From the human T2T-CHM13v2.0 reference genome, Homo sapiens, in the NCBI RefSeq assembly GCF_009914755.1, contig NC_060929.1: a DNA stretch of 64,000 nt. One strand, 5' to 3'. The notes beneath the pieces are model-generated. The model did no database searches. It saw only the letters and a list, made by a program, of their open reading frames with translations, and was not told the origin of the DNA. Below are positions 54,398 to 64,000 of the stretch, piece after piece. Each line of letters opens with the position of its first letter. The stretch's first letter is position 1. A program made the translations under genes and the position numbers.

Positions 54398-56929
54398 AAA
54401 TGATTGTGAGAACAGCTGGATATTCAAATGGAAAACAATGAAACTTGACTTATTTTTCACATCACATCAAAAATTAATTTGAGATAGACATAAACATGAA
54501 AGCTAAAACAATAAAACTTCTAAAAGAAAACATGAAAATATCTTCACTAACTTGGAACAGGCAGAGTTCTTAGACACTAAAACATTAATTACAAAAGAAA
54601 AATTGATAAATAGTACTTAAATTCATAAGTTCTCCTTATCAAAAGATACTAAGTGAAAAGATAGGCCATTGACTAAGAAAACATGTGCAATAAAATATCT
54701 AACAAAGGTTTATCTATTCTATTATATTGATCACATTTCTATCTGAAATCTATCATATTATTCCAATGATATCTGAAATTAAGTAGTTTAAGTTCTCCAT
54801 GATACGTATCAGGAATATATTTTTTAAATTAATAATAAAAAGACAAGCAACCCAACTTAAATATGGGTAAAATGCCCAAATGAGCACTTCACAAAAATTA
54901 GTATATAAATAGCCAACAAAGGTATAAAAAATGCTCGACATTATTAGTCATCATTGTAATGCACATTAAAACCACAACGAGATATCATAATACACACATC
55001 AGAATGGTCAGGGAAAAAAGACAATATCAAGTATCGTCAAGGATGTGAAGTAAGTGGAAATCACATACATTGCTGGTGGGAATGAGAATGTTGCAATTAT
55101 TTTGGAAACATGTCTGTTGATTTCTAATTGAGTAAGTTAAATAAACATCATCAACTCCTTGACCTGGCAATTCTACTGTTAGGTTTATAATCATGATACA
55201 TGAATACATATGCCCACAAAAGACTTGTATAACAGTGCTCATGAAAACTATATTTATAATAGCAAAAAGGTAGAAATAGCACAAATGTTTATCAATAGGA
55301 GAATGGATAAGCAAATTGTAGTATATACAATGGAACTACCTACCATTTGTGGAATACTATACAGCAATAAAAAGAAATGAACTCTGGGCAATAACAACAT
55401 GGATAAAATTTTTTTAAAATACTTTGACTAAAAGAAATCAAATCAACCACTATAGAGGACAACTTTTAAATTATATTTGAATTTCAAGAATAGGCAAAAC
55501 TAGTATCGGAGATAGAAGTAAGAATAAATGTTACCCTGGGCTAGGAAAGTGGGGTGTTATTGACTGGAGAAGGTCATGAGCTAACTTTCAGCAATGATGG
55601 AAATGTTTTAGGTCTGGATCTAGGTGATGGTCACATGAATATATAAATATGTAAAACGTATTTAAGCTGTACACTTAAAATTTCTGCACTGTATAATATA
55701 AAAATTGTATCTCAATAAACATTGAAAAAGTCAAAATAGTATTAGAAATTCCTTTTTCTAATCATATAGAAACGCTTACTCCACTTCTGCTGAACCCCCA
55801 CCAGAAAACCTTCAACATTCTACTGTGTCCTGTTTGGAGAAGTATATCCTCTAATCCTTCTTTGTTGAGATTACTAAATAATTCACTTAACAGCTTGGAA
55901 AGCATCCACCATATACTTCACAGAATGGAGTTGGATTTGTGGAGCCACAGATGGGGGACAACCACTTTATCCCTAGAGCATATCTGCCCCATAATTGGCT
56001 CAGGGATGGCCGCCTGAGATCCTGAGTGGAACATAGGAGGAGCTAACTCCCAACCATACAACCAAACTCCTGGTTCAACTAGAAATTCGGGGGTAGGTGC
56101 CTCACACAGGGACATGAGCATGAGTGGGTAGGTGGGAGAGCCTTACCTTGGCTTAATCCCTTGTCCTTTTTTTCATGGACTTGCTTGACAGAATGTGTGG
56201 TGGGGGCTGGGTAGGAGGCTCACCTTGACAGACAAAACGCTGACAAATCACCTTCAAAGGAGTTGAGATAATTTGATGGGAATCATTTCTTCTCTGTGGA
56301 GTACTAAAGGACTGATGTAGGGTAGTTGACTAACTGAGGGCGGTGTCAGAGCCAGCTTTGTAGTAAGGGAGGAAGGTTAGGAAAACAGGTTTCTCACGCA
56401 CATGGGAACATTGGGGTAGGTAGGGGGCTTAATGTATTTTCAGGGTCTGTGCTAGCTGAGGGCATCTGGTAGCACAGTCTTCAGAGAAATTCTCCTAAAT
56501 ATTTTCCACGTTTTCTATTCTACAAAAGAGAATTAGACCCAGGTGCTAAAGGCACAATCACATCTCATTGGTGTTCACCAAAGATTGTATTCATTGTTTC
56601 TAAAGATGCAACAGCCCATGTTTTTTTGCAGCAATTCCAGGCTCCAATGCAGAGAAGCCATGTTATGTATACAACTTGCATGAATCCCATTCTACTGTTC
56701 CTTGTTCCCTGTCTCGTTATCCTCAACTTCTAAGAAAGCTGATATCCTCGCTTACCTTAAATGTTTATAACCTTACACCAAGAAATACCAACAACTTTTT
56801 AAAAATTATTTACTTATGCCATTTTTATAATTAGGTACTTTGCTATTTAAGGCTTTCAGGGGCAAACACACAAAAAATTGTTTTGATCGAGTTACAAAAT
56901 AAAATCTTAAACAAATGTACATAGAATAC

Positions 56930-57400
56930 TCAAGAGTTTATTTTAAAAGTGATTAAAAACACATACCAACCTTAAGTGAATATCATTTCCTTTAAAATAA
57001 TACCTAGGAAGGTACTTAATCCAACAAAAACTCCTCTTTTGCAATTGCCCCTAGAGCTAGTTCACAGCTGCACGTAACACAATAACAGATAAAATGAAAC
57101 TCATTATTTTATAATTACACTGTCTTTAATTAAGAAAGATGTTGGCCTAGCTTACAATCAAAATCAAAACCCCCCCCTTAACAAAGATGATTGGCCATCA
57201 CTGAGGCAATTGCAAAATACCAGTTCAAAAGTGTGATTTTTTAAAAAAAACTGTGACAAGTGATGGAGGATTACAAAAACAAGTGACAAGCCTCCCAAAC
57301 TTGTCTCTCAAGCTTGTCCTTTGAAGGAGACAGTAGTCATTTTTAATAACAAGACCTTTTTGTGAAATAAAATAAAAAATAAGAGAAACCCACTGAATCT
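56930..57400 (+). mobile_element. MARNA-like ancient mariner remnant
   Basis: CAAAATCAAAACCCCCCCTTAAC...GCCATCACTGAGG...AGCCTCCCAA...TTTGAAGGAGACAG. Confidence 0.55.
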
Positions 57401-58339
57401 CATTGCGTTGTTCTCATTCCTTTTGCAGATGAGTGCATACTGTGTATTGTGCCATTATTCTTTGAATGATCCCTTTTTATTTTTTAAAAACCACTTTGTC
57501 AATTTTTCCATTAATAAATTGCTATAAATTAATTGAAGAGTTCAGAAAACACAGAAGAAAATATGATCATCTATTATTCCACCACAAGAGATTAGTCATT
57601 TTAAAGGTGGGTTTTGTATATTACCTTAAAAATGATTACAATAAAGCTGAGATGGCTATGCTGGTTGAGATATTACATTTAGAAAAATGTGAAAGATCAT
57701 TACTGAAGCCTTGATATTTGTTTTGTAGAAACTGAATATTGAGGGTAAAAATCAAGTTACAGTATTCTGTCTACAAGTCAGACTTCAAGTAACAGTTTCC
57801 AAATATATGAATGCCTTTGGCACTAGGGATTCTTAAGTGTATCATTTAAGAAGTAGTGCCTTCTCCAGCTCAGAAAGCTATGTCCCACAAAGCAAAGAAA
57901 GCCAGAAGTTACTTGTCTTTCCAGGCAAGTTGGCAAGAGTGAAACAAAAGAGGAGGTGATACCCATTAACTTTCCCTTCTGGATTATAGAGTGGGAGCCA
58001 CTGCAACCTTTCATCCAATAGCCATGGTCACGGCCAAAGCCAAGCAATCCTGCCATCTTTGGGCTCCAGAATAAAAGAGCTTCACTCTTCCCAAGGTTTA
58101 CCTGTGAGGACCAAGGTAAGAAAGAAAACTTTCTTGACAAATATTTGTCAAGAAATACTTGTCCTAAAGTCCAAATCTAAGTTTATTCACTAATCATTGT
58201 ACTTGTAAGCCAACCGAGGTATACAGCATCTGAATTCCTCAAGCTATATTGCTGGAAATCCATATGAAACTCATTGAAAGGGCATTTCTCTTTACCACCT
58301 TCTTGCATTCCTTTGGCCACGCTGATGTCTGTCCCCTGT

Positions 58340-58750
58340 GTCTCAATTACTGAGCTGGGTACGGACTTTATGGACCTGAGGCAGAGAAGGGTGGAATCTG
58401 GGTTGACAGGGAGACTTAGGAGATACTAGGATGTAGTGAAGGCTATAGTAATTGATGGAATAATGCCTCCGAGACAGAACATGTAGAGTAAGAAGAGGAA
58501 AAGACAAAGATGGAGATTTGAGGAACCCTTGAAGTCTGACAGGGCATGGTTGTTCATAGGATTTAGAAACAAGAAACAGGGCATGCACAATGACACCCAC
58601 ATGGTGAAAGCATTCTATCTGATCATTATGTGTTATAAAACTGTATAAAACTATCTGTTATAAAACTTTATATTGAGCATCTCAATGGCAGGAACTTTGT
58701 CTTGTCTATCTTTGGGTCTTCCTTAGCTCCTACAAATGCTTAATTGATGT
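58340..58750. mobile_element. L2 fragments in both orientations
   Basis: Purine-rich reverse L2 segment, then TGAGCATCTCAATGGCAGGAAC...AATGCTTAAT. Confidence 0.4.
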
Positions 58751-60091
58751 CTAGAGGGGAAGAAGAAGGAGAGGGTAGAAGCAGAGAAAAACAAGAAAAT
58801 AGAAAACACAGAGTGGGAACAAGGAAGACAGGCAGGAGGAAATCAGCTGGAGAGGTAATATTCCACAAAGATTCTCTGTCCAGCTTGCTTGCTAGAAACC
58901 TAGAACTTCAGTGGCTAAGTCAATCTCTGAACAAGAAGAGGCATTGCCAAGAAGCCTGGGGGAACTGAAAGCCAACCCCAGGAAACTAGCCTGCAGAGTA
59001 GAAACAAGGAGTGTGCAGTGTTGTTTCTAGACCCACACAAGAAATTGATAATAACTTCAGTAAAGTCAAGGCTTCTGATGTGAAGATACGTTCATCGGTT
59101 TTTTGGACTGCTTAAAGACAAGGCAATAAAACAGATCTTGAGGACTCAATTGACCCAATACTGAAAAGAAGTTACTAAAGATTTGGTAGCAGTAGATGAT
59201 CACGTAATTGTGATTATATGTCACTCTGGTGCACTGGCTTGCAGGAGGTAAGACTGTGAGGTGGCAAGGAAAGAGAATAGCGGTTCTGGTTCACAGAGCA
59301 CTAACACTGCATTGATAACAATGATGGAAAATGATATTTTCCCAAATCGCTGTGGTCTGCATCTTCTAAAATCTACTATTTATTTTCTCCCAGTCAAAGT
59401 TTACCTCTATTTGACTTTGTAGGTTCTTGAAGCTAATAAATTATGGAACTACTTGCCTAGAAAAATATTTTTGTGGAAAGAATTGTAATCTAGAGGAAAC
59501 ACTCACTGACTGAATTCCAACAAACCTGTCCAGTGGTATGGTTGAGTTCTTGCCCTCTGCCCAAAGCCAAGAGATTTACCATGAATAGAAACCATTCAAG
59601 GCTCTTAATTCAACATTCTTGAACTGTGCTGCAAATTTGGTCCTCCCATAGGAAGGTGGGGTGAGGGACAGGGAGGGTTAGAAAAATCTTTTTATCTAGC
59701 CATACTGGAAATGTTTTGTTTAGTCTGGAGAAACCCAAATGATATAGTTTTTCAGATTCTGTACTTTTTCATTTTGGCTTTGTTTGTGTATGATATGTGC
59801 ACCAAAAAACCGTCAAAGTACAAAACTCATTCTAGAGCAATTTAAAGTCTACTCATGCTAAACAATGAGTTAAAAGAGTGTGTTGCTTTTCTGTAGTTCC
59901 TTTCAAGCAGAACATTAAATCTCTGAGTATTTTCAGAAATTTCTGCAAGAACTCAGTCAGACAGTACTTGTCCCATTTTCCCAATGGAAAAATATTTTGA
60001 TAAATCGCATAACATGGCCTAATCTTTTCAGTAGAGTCCTCATTTCCTGCCCAATTTTCCCCTCTACTCACCTTCCACCAACCCCCAAGAA

Positions 60092-60250
60092 AGGCGCCCG
60101 TCACCACGCCCAGCTAATTTTTGTATTTTTAGTAGAGACGGTGTTTCACCATGTTGGTCAGGCTGGTCTCGAACTCCTGACCTCAAGTGATCCACACGTC
60201 ACAGTCTCCCAAAGTGTTGGGATTACAGGCATGACCCACTGTGCCTAGCC
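60092..60250 (-). mobile_element. AluS lacking most of its right arm and tail
   Basis: Left arm and A-rich linker only. Confidence 0.9.
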
Positions 60251-60254
60251 TGAT

Positions 60255-60582
60255 TTCTGTCTTTTGTATGGCTGCATAGTATTTCACAGTTTATATGTAC
60301 CACATTTTCTTTATCCAGTCTGTCACTGATGGGCATTTAGGTTGATTCCATGTCTTTGCTACTATGAAAAGTGCTGCAGTGAACATTTGCATGCATATGT
60401 CTTTATGGTAGAATGATTTCCATTCCTCTGGGTATATACCCAGTATAGGATTGCTGGGTCAAATCGTAGTCGTGCTTTTAGCTCTTTGAGGAATTGCCGT
60501 ACTGCTTTCCCCAATGGTTGAACTAATTTACACTCCCACCAACAATGTGCAAGTGTTCCTTTTCTCCATATCCTCACCAGCA
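60255..60582 (-). mobile_element. L1PA15/16- or L1PB-type ORF2-end fragment
   Basis: GGCTGCATAGTATT...GGGTATATACCCAG...CACTCCCACCAACA; ORF 60362 resembles the ORF2 C-terminus (HCWWECKLVQPL). Confidence 0.9.
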
Positions 60583-61506
60583 GTCTAGACTTTTTAAGGG
60601 TAAGTTAGACTACCTACTTATATCTGAAAGTAACTAGAAAAGCCAAGGTATCTGCCACAGAATTCATCCATAGGCAGGCAAGGAAACAACAGAGTGAATT
60701 TCAAGAGTCAACAATGAGCAGGAATAAAGTTGCTTTCTATTTATACCCTACCAACTTCAACTTGTTCAATAGACTGCTTACAAATATGTACTACACACAC
60801 CCATACATATACTATACTTCTATTCTCATGGATACTTATAGTCACCTAGATTCTCTGCAAAGACACAGTACAAACTGATAAAAGCAGTTTCCCCTGGGAA
60901 AGGGGAACAGATGGTTTTGGAGCAAGAGTGAGAGATAGCTTAAATTATGCCTTTTGGATTCTGATCATAAACACATAGTTTTAAAAATTCATTTAAATTC
61001 AAAATATTTTAACTAGTATGGAAAGTAAAGCAAATAGAAAATTAAAATAGGAAAGTAACGTGGAGCCAGGCATAGGTTAGTTTACTAAATACATAGCATA
61101 AAGTCAGATAAACTTGCTATGGAGTAGAAGGCAAATTTGGCTCTAAGTCTCTGGTTACCAGCGTGAAGAAAGAAACAGCACGATTTCCACTGTTCATCAG
61201 GAAAAACAAACCATTTGCTCAGGACAAACAAAGCTACTTCTAGAACTAAAGCCAGAGTTAAATTTCTCCTATGGATTCTCTCTTTTGAGTCCCCAAAAGT
61301 AGTGAAGAATACCTTCCCTAACCTCATTATTATAAACACAGGGCAAAACTAATAGCGTTGCCAATCTTATGATGTTTGTTATTATTAGTAACAGGAGCTA
61401 AAGGTGATATGAACCAGGGTTCATTATTGGCTTTGTAGGTGAATTAATAAAATCACAGCAATTATTTGGCTTTAGTAGAAGTAATGAGAAGAAAATTAAG
61501 TGGTCT

Positions 61507-62209
61507 TGTTACCAGTGGAAGAGACCCAAGTTACCGGCAGTGAATCCATAAGGGGTCCACAGCAACTTCAGTTCTTGCCTCCTCTGAAGAAAGAATTTGA
61601 CTGAGGGGCATATAGCAGAAGAAGAGACCAAGGCAAGTTTCGGGGCAGGAGTAGAAGTTTATTTAAAAGGCTTTAGAACAGGAAAGAGAGGAAAATTCGC
61701 TTGTAGGAGACCCAAGCGGGTGCTTGAAGGTCCAAGAAAGAAAAGAGAGCAAAAGAAGACAGCAAAAAAGAGGGGCCTTTAACCTTGATCCTAGGACTTT
61801 ATAGGCTTGCCTCTTTCCCAAGATTTTTCCTTTAGGGTGGGCTTTCCACATGCCCAGTGCTTTCCTTACCCGTTGGAGTTGAGAATGCACAATGTATTTA
61901 GGGAGTTATACACATGCCCATCTAAGGCTTTCTTCCCTTTTCCGGTGGAGTGTGCCCCCAGAAGATCATACTTCACCATTTTTGTCTCTTAACACGCATG
62001 CCCAGGAAGTTGCTTCTCCCTGGGGCCTGCATTCAATTAACATTTTGAGGTTAACAGGTGTGGACCATCAGGAAATGGCCTCTCCCTGGAGCTGCCAAAT
62101 ACATATTTTTAGAGAGGCAATGCAATAATTGCCAAACCATCACCCAACATTTCTAGTGGGTTGGGGGAGAACCCTGTCCTGCCCTGCTCATGCCTAACTA
62201 CCTGTAACA
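61507..62209 (-). mobile_element. ERV1 solo LTR (MER50-like)
   Basis: TGTTAC...GTAACA termini, 4-bp TSD GTCT, TCTTGCCTCCTCTGAAGAAAGAATTTGACTGAGGGGCA. Confidence 0.88.
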
Positions 62210-62419
62210 GTCTATGGCCCTGAATCATTAGGCTGCTCCTACTTGAAATTCACTCAATCTTCAGAGTCAGATGCATCCAACTGTCCATCAAAGATTTAAG
62301 TTCACAACAGGTTGTCTTCAGATAATATTTGAGCTTTGAGGCCTGTGCACTGTGCAATGAATGAATGATATAGTTGCACAGAATGTTCACCTAAATATCT
62401 TCACTACAAGCCAAAGTAA

Positions 62420-63144
<725 letters not shown>

Positions 63145-63145
<1 letters not shown>

Positions 63146-63345
63146 ATGCTTGAGTGGTTCTTATGCCTCAAGAACTTTACACTGTTTCATTTAAGTCCCA
63201 TGTCCGCCCTATAAGGTAAATACTATTGTTCCCTCTTTGTAGACTTGAGAAAACTGAAGGTTAGAGAAGGTCAGCAATTTGTCTGGGGTTACCAGCTGAT
63301 GAGTGGATGAGACACAGACCAAGTCAGTCTGACACAGTATTCACA
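63145..63345 (-). mobile_element. MIR SINE
   Basis: CCCTATAAGGTAAATACTATT...AAACTGAAGGTTAGAGAAGG. Confidence 0.75.
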
Positions 63346-64000
63346 CACACTGTGTAGCAGGGAGCAGGACTGCTTTGATCGCCTTGGACCTAAGAACCCC
63401 TTCAAGGTGAGGTAGTACCATGCAGGAGATGACCTCCAACAACCAGAAGGGGCTCAGGGATGGTGCAGAGAAGGCAACTTTGAAAGAGGAAGACATTTTT
63501 TCTTTCTTTGGATAATGCCCAGATGACTCACCCTTTCTCCTCTCTCAGCTCCAAATCTTCATGTCTTAATCTTGATGTGTCAGATCTGGGGACCTATTGG
63601 AGTGCTCCCCAGAGAGGTTGTCCTTCTGTCTCAAAGCACAGGTTAGGACAAGCAGCAGCTCTATTTGGGCATCTATTCCTGAAGCGAGCTGCAATTTGAT
63701 ATTCTTTTACTGTTTACTTCTGCTTTAATTACAGGGTGGGGGAAAGAGCTCCTAAAATTTGCCAAAAACTTTGGTGATTTTTAAAAAGTCCTTCTTTACT
63801 TTCCAATTATTCAACTCTGCTGGGAAAGGCAATAGGAACGCTTTTGGAACTGAGTTTGCTGCTGAGTTGCCAGGGTTTCGAGATCTCTGCAAAGGTCATT
63901 GTTTTTTGTAAAGGTCATTGTCTTTTCATGAAAACCCCGGCAAAGCATGCCAACGCAGGAAAGCCACCAGCTTGCCAAATGTCCGGTGTCCCAGTCACCT

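Larger units (their letters stand above)
49930..55730 (+). mobile_element. Old L1M (MC/MD-type) ORF2-to-3'UTR, host to nested insertions
   Basis: GATTTATTAGATTCAGTGCAG...AAAATCCC before the LTR continues as TTCTAAATTTATATGGAAA after it; 3' end ATCTCAATAAA at ~55715. Confidence 0.85.

Overview
Human-type non-coding DNA, intergenic or intronic. A young AluYa5 points to Homo sapiens. I see no supportable intact protein-coding exon, no CpG island and no RNA gene. The supplied ORFs are short chance frames or Alu/L1/MaLR translations. A large part of the window is transposon-derived: Alu, MIR, L2, L1, MLT1/MST/MER50 LTRs, and MER5/MER3/MER1/Tigger3b/MADE1/MARNA DNA elements. The most notable signal is missed by the ORF track. 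It is a ~1.25 kb decayed minus-strand reading frame (about 32256 to 31007) whose manual translation gives several ordered, similarly spaced blocks resembling bornavirus nucleoprotein. This suggests a highly diverged endogenous bornavirus-like N element (EBLN), with a short A-tract downstream. Other notable items are an L1-mediated 3' transduction with a perfect 16-bp TSD (28771-29042), a 38-bp perfect palindrome overlapping a 63-bp-stem hairpin (16021-16197), a MADE1 hairpin with matched changes in both arms, a second unexplained coding-like decayed frame (~37870-38800) and several nested insertion stacks. Repeat subfamily names and viral protein comparisons come from remembered consensus sequences, not database searches. 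Boundaries of old elements are approximate.
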